Source of the DNA: Candidatus Latescibacterota bacterium
GTDB taxonomy: Bacteria > Latescibacterota > UBA2968 > UBA8231
Reading direction: 5' to 3'
Length of the DNA: 64,000 nt
Assembly (NCBI GenBank): GCA_965261395.1
Contig: OZ253462.1
Span: 3,552,001-3,616,000 of the forward strand
Shown here: positions 37,778 through 47,900 of the stretch, in pieces
How the letters are laid out: each line of letters starts with the position of its first letter
Numbering within the stretch: the first letter of the stretch is position 1
Program-made: the position numbers and the translations under genes
Notes under the pieces: model-generated
Databases searched by the model: none
Told to the model about the DNA's origin: nothing
What the model saw: the letters and a program-made list of their open reading frames with translations, nothing else

Positions 37778-38101
37778 TTACAGTGGGTTTTCCATCTGCA
37801 ACTTGGCGGCGATGGCCTTTTCTCTTTCGGCCTCGGCGATCATGCCTTTGCGCTGGTAGAACATGGAGAGGCTGGTGTGGACGAGGAAGTCGTCGGGGTG
37901 GTGCTCGGCGGCCTTTTGCGCCGCGCTGAGCGCTTGGTCGAGGTCGCCCAACTTCTCGTGGCAATGCGCCATCGCTTGGTAGGCATCGGCAAATTGCGGG
38001 TCGAGGGCGATGGCTTGGTCGAGGTCGTCCAAGGCGCCGGCGAAGTCTTGGTGGGCGAATTTGTTCATGCCGCTCTTGTAGAGGGTCATTTTGTCGGTCA
38101 T
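37778..38101 (-). CDS. Small TPR-repeat protein
   Basis: AIALDPQFADAYQAMA...AAEHHPDDFLVHTSLSMFY; only the last 107 aa of the long ORF are credible. Confidence 0.8.
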   Translation of the reverse strand: MTDKMTLYKSGMNKFAHQDFAGALDDLDQAIALDPQFADAYQAMAHCHEKLGDLDQALSAAQKAAEHHPDDFLVHTSLSMFYQRKGMIAEAEREKAIAAKLQMENPL

Positions 38102-38203
38102 AGCGCGATTCCTTGTTGGTGATGCGTAGTCAGAAGGTAGCGCAAAGTTATATATTGATGCAACGGCGTCAGACTTGGGAAACGAGCGAACAAAGGAGGA
38201 GCC

Positions 38204-39298
38204 ATGTTGCACTGGGCTGTGTTGGGCGCGGCCTTGCTGGCCTCTGCCGCCGAGGGACAACCGCGCTTTGACATCGACTACGTAGAGAGCATTGAGCCGC
38301 GGACCTATGTGGCGCATCGCACGGCCGGGGCCATCGACATCGACGGCAATCTCGACGAGCCGTCTTGGCAGCGGGCCGATTGGACCGAGCTTTTCGTCGA
38401 TATTGAGGGCGAGCGCAAACCCGTGCCGCGCCTGCAGACGCGGGCCAAGATGCTGTGGGACGACGAGTATCTGTATATAGCCGCTGATTTGGAGGAGCCG
38501 CACGTGTGGGCCACAATTGCTCTGCGCGACGCGACGATCTACCAAGAAAACGACTTTGAGGTCTTTATCGACCCGGACGGCGATACCCATCAGTACTACG
38601 AGTTCGAGATCAATGCCCTCGGCACGGAGTGGGATTTGTTGCTGGTCAAGCCCTACCGAGACGGTGGCCCCTTCATCGGTGCTTGGGACATCGCCGGTCT
38701 GCAAACGGCGGTGCGCGTATGGGGCAGCATCAACGATCCCAGCGATGAGGATCAGGGTTGGTCTGTGGAGATGGCCTTTCCGTGGGCCGTGCTGGCCGAG
38801 GCCACGCACAAGAAGGTGCCGCCCATGGATGGCGATCAATGGCGGATCAACTTTTCGCGGGTGCAATGGGCCTTGGCTGACGATCTGGGCAAGTACGTCA
38901 AAATAGAGGGCCACAGCCCGGACAACTGGGTCTGGTCGCCGCAAGGGTTGGTTAATATGCACTACCCAGAAAAGTGGGGGTTCGTGCAATTTGCCGCCGA
39001 GGTCGTCGGGCGGCAAAAGGTGTCCTTTCGCCCGGCAGTCGCCGAGGAGGCCAAGCACGTTTTGCGCGGGATCTATTACCGCCAAAAGAATTTTCGCCGC
39101 GAGCGCGGCCGCTATGCGTCTAGCTTGGACTCGCTCGGCATGGAGGTTCGGGTCTTGCAGCACTTCCGCTGGCCGCCGGTCATCCAAGTGACCGATCAGC
39201 AATTTGAGGCGCAGCTAGAGGAAGCCGTCGATTTGGACGCAGACGGCGCAATCAACCGCTGGCTCATCCGTGCGGACTCGCGCACTTGGCGCGATTAG
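38204..39298 (+). CDS. Secreted carbohydrate-binding family 9 (CBM9)-like protein
   Basis: AGGAGG RBS, signal peptide; IDGNLDE..W, MLWDDEYLY, DFEVFIDPDGD, YYEFEINA, WRINFSR. Confidence 0.85.
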   Translation: MLHWAVLGAALLASAAEGQPRFDIDYVESIEPRTYVAHRTAGAIDIDGNLDEPSWQRADWTELFVDIEGERKPVPRLQTRAKMLWDDEYLYIAADLEEPHVWATIALRDATIYQENDFEVFIDPDGDTHQYYEFEINALGTEWDLLLVKPYRDGGPFIGAWDIAGLQTAVRVWGSINDPSDEDQGWSVEMAFPWAVLAEATHKKVPPMDGDQWRINFSRVQWALADDLGKYVKIEGHSPDNWVWSPQGLVNMHYPEKWGFVQFAAEVVGRQKVSFRPAVAEEAKHVLRGIYYRQKNFRRERGRYASSLDSLGMEVRVLQHFRWPPVIQVTDQQFEAQLEEAVDLDADGAINRWLIRADSRTWRD

Positions 39299-39382
39299 GG
39301 CCGGTCGCAAAATTGCTCCGCCGCCGAAATCACCCTATACTGCCTTGCCCATATCCACGAACCATTTGCTAAGGAGGCCCTT

Positions 39383-39841
39383 GTGAAGAATGGAAAATTG
39401 ATGCTTCTGCTCGCCTGTTGTCTTTTGGCCCCAGCCGCGCCGCTGTTGGCGCACTGCGAGATTCCCTGCGGCGTTTATGGAGACGATGCGCGTTTTGCCG
39501 CGATTGAGGAAGATCTGACGACCATTGAGAAGTCCATGACGCAGATCGCGGCGTTGGCGGGCCAGAGCGACGCCCAAAGCGCGAACCAGCTAGCGAGGTG
39601 GGTGGCGAACAAGGAAGAGCACGCCAACAAAATCCAGCACGTCGTCACCCAGTATTTTATGACGCAGCGGCTCAAGGAGGTGGAAGAAGGAGATGAAGCG
39701 ATGGCCGCATATACCGATAAGCTGGTGCTTTTGCACAAGATGCTCCGGGGGGCCATGAAGTGCAAGCAGACGGTGGATGTCGGGCAAGTGGAGAAGATGC
39801 GGGCCTTGTTGCACGAGTTTAAGCACGCCTATCAAAACTGA
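39383..39841 (+). CDS. sodN: Nickel superoxide dismutase with signal peptide
   Basis: Ni-hook HCEIPCGVY directly after ...APLLA; KEEHA, YFMTQR, MKCKQ. Confidence 0.92.
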   Translation: MKNGKLMLLLACCLLAPAAPLLAHCEIPCGVYGDDARFAAIEEDLTTIEKSMTQIAALAGQSDAQSANQLARWVANKEEHANKIQHVVTQYFMTQRLKEVEEGDEAMAAYTDKLVLLHKMLRGAMKCKQTVDVGQVEKMRALLHEFKHAYQN

Positions 39842-39865
39842 CGCATTCTTAAACCTCGCTGGTGG

Positions 39866-39907
39866 AAGCCCCGTCTCCCCTTTGTGGAGATGGGGCTTTT
39901 TTGTTTT
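39866..39907 (+). terminator. Intrinsic terminator between convergent sodN and LTD gene
   Basis: AAGCCCCGTCTCC-loop-GGAGATGGGGCTT followed by a T-tract; degenerate copies at about 41900-41932 and 44872-44907. Confidence 0.75.
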
Positions 39908-41792
39908 AGCGGAGGAGGAGCAGCTTGGCGTAGCGCGGGGGGCTATGCTCCATATGGAAGCGGACGAAGTACGGACCGGTAGCTGCCGAATGGCCGCGTT
40001 CGTCGCGGCCATCCCATGTCGTCTGGTGTGCGCCGGCGTGGAGCGGCGCGTCCACGAGCGTGCGCACGAGTTGGCCTTGGACGTTGTAGATGGCCACATG
40101 GACGAATGCGGCATGGGGGAGGTGGAAGCGGAGGTGGGTCGTTGTGTTGAAGGGGTTGGGCCAAACTTGGAGTGAGGTTGTAGATACCATTTCAAGTGTT
40201 TTGGACGCTGGTTCGGGTGGGGTTTCTGCGGCGCATCCGGGAGAAAAGGGAGCTTGGGTTGGCGAGGCGGTTTTGTGCGGGACAAACGCGCCGCCGTCGG
40301 GTGGCGTGCGGACGATAGACTGGTCGTCGGGCCAAGTGGAGTGGGAGACCCGGGCGACGAGATAGCCGGTTTTGTCGATTAGGTAGATGGCTTCGCCGTT
40401 GTTGGTTAGTCCGTTGCAGATAGACCCATCGGCGGTATAGACGGGGACGGTGAACCCCGAGGGGTTGCCGCCGCCGAAGAGGACCACGTACGAGTGAGGG
40501 GCAATGACGGCACCGGGTGGGAAGCAGAAGTAACCGTTTAAGGAGGCCGTATCGCCCAACTGCCAACTGGCCAAGGAAATGGTATCTGCACCAGCGTTGT
40601 AGATTTCGATGAATTCGTCTTCATAGGGATCTTGCCGACCATCGCGATTGGCGTCGCCGGCTAGTCCTTCGGGTGGGTCGGCGAGCACCTCGCTGATGAA
40701 GAGGGGGTAGGTGGGTCTGGGTCTGGGCGGCGCTGGTCCGGTCGGCGGTTCTGGGGCGTATCCGGGTGAAAAGGGTGCCCTAGTCTGCGAGGCGGTTTTG
40801 TGCGGGACGAACGCTTCCTCATTCGGTGACGTGCAGACGAGGGATTGGGCGTTGGGCCAAGTGGACTGGGAAAGAAACGAGATCTCATGGCCGTGATCGT
40901 CGATCAGGTGGATAGACTCACCGCTGTCGGTCAGACCATCGCCGATGGTTCCGTCGTCGGTATAGACAGGGATGGTGAACCCCGCCGGGTTGCCGCCGCC
41001 GAAGAGGACCACGTACGAGTCGGGGGCAATGACGGCATCGGACGGGAAGCGGAAGTAACCGCGCAAGGATCCAGCGTCGCCCAAGCGCCAGCCGGCTAGG
41101 GAGATGGGAATAGGGCCGGCGTTGTAGATTTCGATGAACTCGTCTTCATACGGGTCGCGCTGACCATCTCGATTGGCGTCGCCGGCTAGTCCCGGAGGTG
41201 GGTCGGCGAGCACTTCGCTGATGATGAGGGAATAGGTCAAGGAATGCTGCGTTCCCGGGGCGTGTCCGGGTGAGAAGGGGGCCTTGTTATGCGAGACGGT
41301 TTTGTGCGGGACGAACGCGCTGCTGTCCGGTGAAGTGCAGACGAGGGATTGGTCGTCGGGCCACGTCGATTGGAAGAGGGACGCGACCTCATCGCCGTGC
41401 TTGTTGATCAGATGGATGGACTCGCCGGTGTCGGTTAGTCCATCGCCGATGGTTCCGTCGTCGGTATAGACGGGGATGGTGAACCCCGAGGGATTGCCGC
41501 CGCCGAAGAGGACAACGTACGAGCCGGGTTCAATGACAGCGCCGGGCGGGAAGCGGAAGTAATTGCTCAGGGCCCCCGCGTCGCCCAATCGCCAACCGGC
41601 TAGGGAGATGCGACGTGAGCCGGTGTTGTAGAGTTCGATGAATTCGTCTTCATGCGGGTCGCACAGACCGTCGCGATTGGCGTCGCCCGGCGGGTCGGCG
41701 AGCACTTCGGTGATGATGACGTTGGCTGCGGCGAGGGATGGGAGCAAGAGCAGCGTCAGCAGGGCGAGGTGTATGTATCGGAGGTAGAACAT
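39906..41792 (-). CDS. Secreted lamin-tail-domain (LTD) repeat protein, 3 repeats plus FlgD-Ig/T9SS-like CTD
   Basis: I(T/S)EVLADPP...GDANRDG...EDEFIELYN...ISLAGWRLGD x3; WPNPFN...WDGRD...KLLLLR. Confidence 0.85.
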   Translation of the reverse strand: MFYLRYIHLALLTLLLLPSLAAANVIITEVLADPPGDANRDGLCDPHEDEFIELYNTGSRRISLAGWRLGDAGALSNYFRFPPGAVIEPGSYVVLFGGGNPSGFTIPVYTDDGTIGDGLTDTGESIHLINKHGDEVASLFQSTWPDDQSLVCTSPDSSAFVPHKTVSHNKAPFSPGHAPGTQHSLTYSLIISEVLADPPPGLAGDANRDGQRDPYEDEFIEIYNAGPIPISLAGWRLGDAGSLRGYFRFPSDAVIAPDSYVVLFGGGNPAGFTIPVYTDDGTIGDGLTDSGESIHLIDDHGHEISFLSQSTWPNAQSLVCTSPNEEAFVPHKTASQTRAPFSPGYAPEPPTGPAPPRPRPTYPLFISEVLADPPEGLAGDANRDGRQDPYEDEFIEIYNAGADTISLASWQLGDTASLNGYFCFPPGAVIAPHSYVVLFGGGNPSGFTVPVYTADGSICNGLTNNGEAIYLIDKTGYLVARVSHSTWPDDQSIVRTPPDGGAFVPHKTASPTQAPFSPGCAAETPPEPASKTLEMVSTTSLQVWPNPFNTTTHLRFHLPHAAFVHVAIYNVQGQLVRTLVDAPLHAGAHQTTWDGRDERGHSAATGPYFVRFHMEHSPPRYAKLLLLR

Positions 41793-41933
41793 GACAGTTA
41801 TTCCCCTTTCCAAAGAACCACTACCGCTATTTAAGACTGTCCACGTTGTCCTACAGATCCCGCCTGTCGGATCAACAGACCCGGCGAAGTGAGCCTACTT
41901 CGTCTCCCTTTGTGGAGATGGGGCTTTTTTGTT

Positions 41934-44807
41934 TCAGCGGAGGAGGACGAGCTTGGCGTAGCGCGGGGGACTATGTGCGCTGTGGGAGCGGGCAAAGTAC
42001 ATACCGGTGGCCGCCGAATGGCCGCGTTCGTCGCGGCCATCCCATATCGTTTGGTGTCCACCAGCGTCCAGCGGTGCGTCCACCAGCGTGCGCACGAGTT
42101 GGCCTTGGACGTTGTAGATAGCCACGTGGACGGATGTGGCATGGGGGAGGTGGAAGCGGAGGTGGGTGCTTGCGTTGAAGGGGTTGGGCCAAACTTGGAG
42201 TGAGGTCGTAGATACCATTACAGGGATTTTGGACGCTGGTTCGGGTGGGGTTTCTGTGGCGCGTCCGGGTGAAAAGGGGGCTTGGGTTGGCGAGGCGGTT
42301 TTGTGTGGGACAAATGCGTTGTCTTCCAGTGAAGTGCGGACAATAGACTGGTCGTTGGGCCAAGTGGACAGGGAGATACTGGCGACGAGATGGCCGGTTT
42401 TGTCGATTAGGTAGATGGCTTCGCCGCTGTCGGTTAGTCCATCGCTGATAGTTCCGTCGTCGGTATAGACAGGGATGATGAACCCCGAGGGGTTGCCACC
42501 GCCGAAGAGGACCACGTACGAGCCGGGTTCAATGACGGCACTGGGTGGGAAGCGAAAGTAATCGTCTAGGGATCCCGCGTCGCCTAGCTGCCAGCTAGCC
42601 AAGGAAATGGTATCTGCGCCGGCGTTGTAAAGTTCGATGAACTCGTCTTCATACAGATCGCGCTGGCCGTCTTGGTTGGCGTCGCCGGCTAGTCCTGCGG
42701 GCGGGTCGGCGAGCACTTCGCTGATGAAAAGGGGATAGGTGGGTTCAACGGGCAGCCCTGGTTCGAGCGGCGGTTTTGGGGCGTATCCGGGTGAGAAGGG
42801 GGCTTGAGTCCGCGAGGCGGTTTTGTGTGGGACAAGCGCTTCCTCGTCTGGTGAGGTGCGGACGAGGGATTGGTCGTCGGGCCAAGTGGCCTGGGAGAAG
42901 AACGCGACCTCATGGCCATGGTTGTCGATCAGGTGGATAGACTCGCCGCTGTCGGTCAGTCCATCACCGATGCTCCCATCGTCGGTATAGACGGGGACGG
43001 TGAACTCCGAGGGGTTGCCGCCGCCGAAGAGGACGATATAGGAGTCGGGTTCAATGACAGCGTCGGACGGGAAGTGGAAATACCCACTTGGGGATCCCAA
43101 CCTCCAGCCGGCTAGGGAGATGGGCACGGGGCCGGCGTTGTAGAGTTCGATGAACTCGTCCTCATACGGGTTGCTCCGACCGTCTCGATTGGCGTCGCCA
43201 GCCGGGCCTTCAGGCGGATCGGCGAGTACTTCACTGATGATGAGGAAGTAGGTCAAGATGGGCTGTGTTTCTGGAGCGTGTCCGGGTGAGAAGGGGGCCG
43301 CGGTCGGCGAGGCGGTTTTGTGCGGGACAAACGCGCTGCTATCCGGTGAGGTGCGGACGAGGGATTGGTCGTCGGGCCAGGTGGCCTGGGAGAGGAACGA
43401 GACCTCATCGCCATGATCGTTGATCAGGTGGATGGCTTCGCCGCTGTCGGTCAGACCATTGCCGATTGTTCCGTCGTCGGTATAGACGGGGATGATGAAC
43501 TCCGAGGGGTTGCCGCCGCCGAAGAGGACGACGTACGAGCCGGGTTCAATGACAGCATCGGACGGGAAGCGGAAGTACTCGCTTCGGGATCCCGAGTCGC
43601 CCAAGCGCCAACCGGCTAGGGAGATGCGACGTGAACCAGCGTTGTATAGTTCGATGAATTCGTCTTGATGGGGACTGCTCCGACCGTCTCGATTGGCGTC
43701 GCCAGCCGGGCCCTCAGGTGGATCGGCGAGCACTTCGCTGATGATGAGGGAGTAGGTCAAGTGTCCGGGTGAGAAGGGTGCCTTGGTCGGCGAGAGGGTT
43801 TTGTGCGGGACGAACGCGTTGCTATCCGGTGAGGTGCGGACGAGGGATTGGTCATCGGGCCAAGTGGCCTGGGAGAGGAACGCGACCTCATGGCCATGGT
43901 TGTCGATTAGGTGGATGGACTCGCCGCTGTCGGTCAGACCATCGCCGATGGTTCCATCGTCGGTATAGACGGGGATGGTGAACTCCGAGGGGTCGCCGCC
44001 GCCGAAGAGGACGAGGTACGAGTTGGGGTCAATGACAGCGTCGGACGGGAAGCGGAAATAACCGCTCAGGGATCCTGCGTCGCCCAAGCGCCAGTCGGCT
44101 AGGGAGACAGAAACGGGGCCGGTGTTGTAGAGTTCGATGAATTCGTCTTCGTGTGGGTTGCTCCGACCGTCGCGATTGGCGTCGCCGGCTAGCCCCGCAG
44201 GCGGGTCGGCGAGTACTTCGTTGATGATGAGGGAGTAGGCCAAAGGGGGCCGCGTTCCCGGGGCGTGTCCGGGTGAGAAGAAAGCCCCGGTCGGTGAGAC
44301 GGTTTTGTGCGGGACAAATGCGCTGCTGTCCGGTGAGGTGCGGACGAGGGATTGGTCGTCGGGCCAAGTGGCCTGGGAGAAGAACGCGACCTCATCGCCA
44401 CGCTTGTTGATCAGGTGGATGGCTTCGCCGCTGTCGGTCAGGCCATCGCCGATGGTTCCGTCGTCGGTATAGACGGGGATGGTGAACTCTGAGGGGTTGC
44501 CGCCGCCAAAAAGGACGACGTACGAATCGGGTTCAATGACGGCACCGGATGGGAAGCGGAAGTACTCGCTTACGGATCCTGTGTCGCCTAATCGCCAACC
44601 GGCCAAGGAGATGGGAACGGAACCGGTGTTGTAGAGTTCGATGAATTCGTCTTCGTGCGGGTCGTGCCGACCGTCGCGGTTGGCGTCGCCAGCCGGTCCT
44701 TCAGGCGGGTCGGCGAGCACTTCGGTGATGATGACGTTGGCTGCGGCGAGGGATGGGAGCAACAGCAGCGTCAGCAGGGCGAGGTGCCCGTATCGGAGAC
44801 AGAACAT
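41934..44807 (-). CDS. Secreted LTD repeat protein, 5 repeats plus CTD
   Basis: Five EVLADPP units; same CTD ending KLVLLR. Confidence 0.87.
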   Translation of the reverse strand: MFCLRYGHLALLTLLLLPSLAAANVIITEVLADPPEGPAGDANRDGRHDPHEDEFIELYNTGSVPISLAGWRLGDTGSVSEYFRFPSGAVIEPDSYVVLFGGGNPSEFTIPVYTDDGTIGDGLTDSGEAIHLINKRGDEVAFFSQATWPDDQSLVRTSPDSSAFVPHKTVSPTGAFFSPGHAPGTRPPLAYSLIINEVLADPPAGLAGDANRDGRSNPHEDEFIELYNTGPVSVSLADWRLGDAGSLSGYFRFPSDAVIDPNSYLVLFGGGDPSEFTIPVYTDDGTIGDGLTDSGESIHLIDNHGHEVAFLSQATWPDDQSLVRTSPDSNAFVPHKTLSPTKAPFSPGHLTYSLIISEVLADPPEGPAGDANRDGRSSPHQDEFIELYNAGSRRISLAGWRLGDSGSRSEYFRFPSDAVIEPGSYVVLFGGGNPSEFIIPVYTDDGTIGNGLTDSGEAIHLINDHGDEVSFLSQATWPDDQSLVRTSPDSSAFVPHKTASPTAAPFSPGHAPETQPILTYFLIISEVLADPPEGPAGDANRDGRSNPYEDEFIELYNAGPVPISLAGWRLGSPSGYFHFPSDAVIEPDSYIVLFGGGNPSEFTVPVYTDDGSIGDGLTDSGESIHLIDNHGHEVAFFSQATWPDDQSLVRTSPDEEALVPHKTASRTQAPFSPGYAPKPPLEPGLPVEPTYPLFISEVLADPPAGLAGDANQDGQRDLYEDEFIELYNAGADTISLASWQLGDAGSLDDYFRFPPSAVIEPGSYVVLFGGGNPSGFIIPVYTDDGTISDGLTDSGEAIYLIDKTGHLVASISLSTWPNDQSIVRTSLEDNAFVPHKTASPTQAPFSPGRATETPPEPASKIPVMVSTTSLQVWPNPFNASTHLRFHLPHATSVHVAIYNVQGQLVRTLVDAPLDAGGHQTIWDGRDERGHSAATGMYFARSHSAHSPPRYAKLVLLR

Positions 44808-44912
44808 GATCTATCAAGCCAAAGCGACGGGGCAGGTTCTTAGAAGCCGTTATCAACTGATAATATATAGAAACCCCGTCTCTCGGCATGGAGATGGAGT
44901 TTTTTTCTTGCT

Positions 44913-47900
44913 TCAGCGGAGGAGGACGAGCTTGGCGTAGTGCGGAGGGCCATGTGCGATGTGGAAGCGGGCGAAGTACGGGCCGGTGGCCGCCGAGTGG
45001 CCGCGTTCGTCGCGGCCATCCCATCGCGTTCGGTGTATGCCGGCGTGGAGCGGCGCGTCCACGAGCGTGCGCACGTGTTGGCCTTGAACGTTGTAGATAG
45101 CCACGTGGACGGATGCGGCTTGGTGTAGGTGGAAGCGAAGGTGGGTAGTTGCATTGAAGGGGTTGGGCCAAACTTGGAGCGAGGTTATAGATGCGATTAC
45201 AGGAATTTTGGACGCTGATTCAGGTGGGGTTTTGGGGGCGTGTCCGGGTGAGAAGGGGGCCTCGATCGGCGAAGCGGTTTTGTGTGGAACAAACGCACCG
45301 CTGTCGGGGGGCGTGCGGACGATAGACTGGTCGTCGGGCCAATCGTCGTGGGAGACGCGGGCGACGATGCGGCTGGTTTTGTCGATAAGGTAGATGGCTT
45401 CGCCGGTGTTGGTCAGGCCGTTGCCGATGGTTCCATCGTCGGTATAGACGGGTACGGTGAATCCCACTGGATTGCCGCCACCGAAGAGGATGGCGTACGA
45501 GCCGGGGGCGATGAAGGCACCGGGGGGGAAGCGGAAGTAATCGAGCAGGGATCCCGTGTCGCCCAACTGCCAACTGGCTAGGGAGATGGTATCTACACCG
45601 GCGTTGTAGAGTTCGACAAATTCGTCTTCATGCGGGTCGTAGTGGCCGTCTTGGTTGGCGTCGCCGGCTGGTCCTTCAGGCGGGTCAGCGAGCACTTCGC
45701 TGATGAAGAGAGAGTAGGTGGGGCGGGGTGGCGTTTTGGGTTTTTCTAGTTCAGTCGGCGGTTCTGGGGCGTATCCGGGTGAAAAGGGGGCCTTGGCCTG
45801 CGAGGCCATTTTGTGCGGGACAAACGCGCCGTCGTCCGGTGGCGTGCGGACGAGGGATTGGTCGTCGGGCCAAGTGGAGTGGGAGAGGAACGAAACCTCA
45901 TCGCCGCGATCGTTGATCAGGTGGATGGACTCGCCGGTGTCGGTCAGGCCATCGCCGATGGTTCCGTCGTCGGCATAGACGGGGACGGTGAACCCCGACG
46001 GGTTGCCGCCGCCAAAGAGGACGAGGTAGGAGTCGGGTTCAATGACAGCGTCAGGCGGGAAGCGGAAGTAATCGCTTAGAGAGCCCGCGTCGCCCAACCG
46101 CCAACCGGCTAGGGAGACAGGAATAGGGCCGGCGTTGTAGAGTTCGATGAACTCGTCTTGATACCCGTCGCGCTGGCCGTCGCGATTGGCGTCGCCGGCT
46201 GTACCGGAAGGCGGGTCGGCGAGCACCTCGCATATGAAGAGGGGATAGGTCAAGGCGGGTCGCGTTGCTGGGGCGTGTCCGGGTGAGAAGGGGGCCTCGG
46301 TCGGCGAGGCAGTTTTGTGCGGGGTAAACGCTTCGCCGTCCGATGGGATGCGGACGAGGGATTGGGCGTTGGGCCAAGTGGCGTGGAAGATAGACGTGGC
46401 CTCATAGCCATGGTCGTTGATCAGATGGATGGACTCGCCGCTGTTGGTCAGTCCATCGCCGATGGTGCCGTCGTCGGTATAGACGGGGATGGTGAACCCT
46501 AAAGGGTTGCCACCGCCGAAGAGGACGACGTACGAGCGAGGGGCAATGACAGCCTTGGCTGGGAAGCGGAAGTAGCCGCTTAGGGAGCCCGCGTCGCCCA
46601 ACCGCCAGCCGGCTAGGGAAATGGGAACGGGACCGGCGTTGTAGAGTTCGATGAACTCGTCTTCATGCGGGTCGTGCTGACCGTCGCGATTGGCATCGCC
46701 CGCCGGTCCTTCGGGCGGGTCGGCCAGCACTTCGCTGATGAAGAGGGGATAAGTCAATATGGGCCGTGTTTCTGAGGCGTGTCCAGGTGAAAAGGGGGCC
46801 GCGATCGGCGAGGCGGTTTTGTGCGGAACAAAGGCTCCGCCGTCCGCTGGGGTTCGGACGAGGGACTGTTTGCTGGGCCAATCGTCGTGCGAGACGATAT
46901 CGATCTCGTGGCCATTGTTGTCGATCAGGCGAATCTCCTCGCCCTTGCCGGTCAGTCCGTTGCCGATTTTTCCGTCGTCGGTATAGACGGGGGTCGTGAA
47001 CCCCGTTGGGTTGCCGCCGCCGAAGAGGACGATGTACGAGTGCGGGGCGATGACTGCATCGGCTGGGAAGCGGAAGTGGTTCTTCAGAGATGTGCTATCG
47101 CCTAGCCGCCAGCCGGCCAAGGAAATGGGAACCGAGCCGGCGTTGTACAGTTCGATGAATTCGTCTTCGTACGTGTCGCGCCGACCGTCGCGATTGGCGT
47201 CGCCAGCGAGGCCGGAAGGCGGGTCGGCGAGGATTTCGCTGATGAAGAGGGGATAGTCCGGTTTGGGGATGATGTGGGTGTGGCCGGGCGAAAAAAGGGC
47301 CTTGGTCGTCGAGGCGGTTTTGTGCGGGACAAAGAGGCCACCGTCGGATGGGTTGCGGACGAGAGACTGTTTGCTGGGCCAAGGGCTGTGCGAGACGACG
47401 TCGATCTCGTGGCCATTGTCGTCGATCAGGCGAACCTCTTCGCCCTTGCCGGTCAGTCCGTTGCCGATTTTTCCGTCGTCGGTATAGACGGGGACAGTGA
47501 ATCCCGACGGAGTGCCGCCGCCGAAGAGGACGATATAGGAGTTGGGTTCAATGACGGCGTCGGGGGGGAATTGGAAGTGATTTTTGAGCACCGTGCTATC
47601 GCCCAACCGCCAGCCGGCTAAGGAGATGGGCACGGGCCCGGCGTTGTAGAGTTCGACGAATTCGTCTTGATATGTGTCGCGCACTCCGTCTCGATTGGCG
47701 TCGCCAGCGAGGCCGGAAGGCGGGTCGGCGAGGATTTCGCTGATGAAGAGGGGGTAGGAGGGCTTGGGGATGATGTGGGTGTGGCCGGGCGAAAAAAGGG
47801 CCTTGGTCGTCGAGGCGGTTTTGTGCGGGACAAAGAGGCCACCGTCGGATGGGTTGCGGACGAGAGACTGTTTGCTGGGCCAAGGGCTGTGCGAGACGAC

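Noticed and set aside
37778-39202. 474-aa minus-strand ORF
   Set aside because: Mostly the antisense shadow of the CBM9-like gene; only the 107-aa TPR tail is credible
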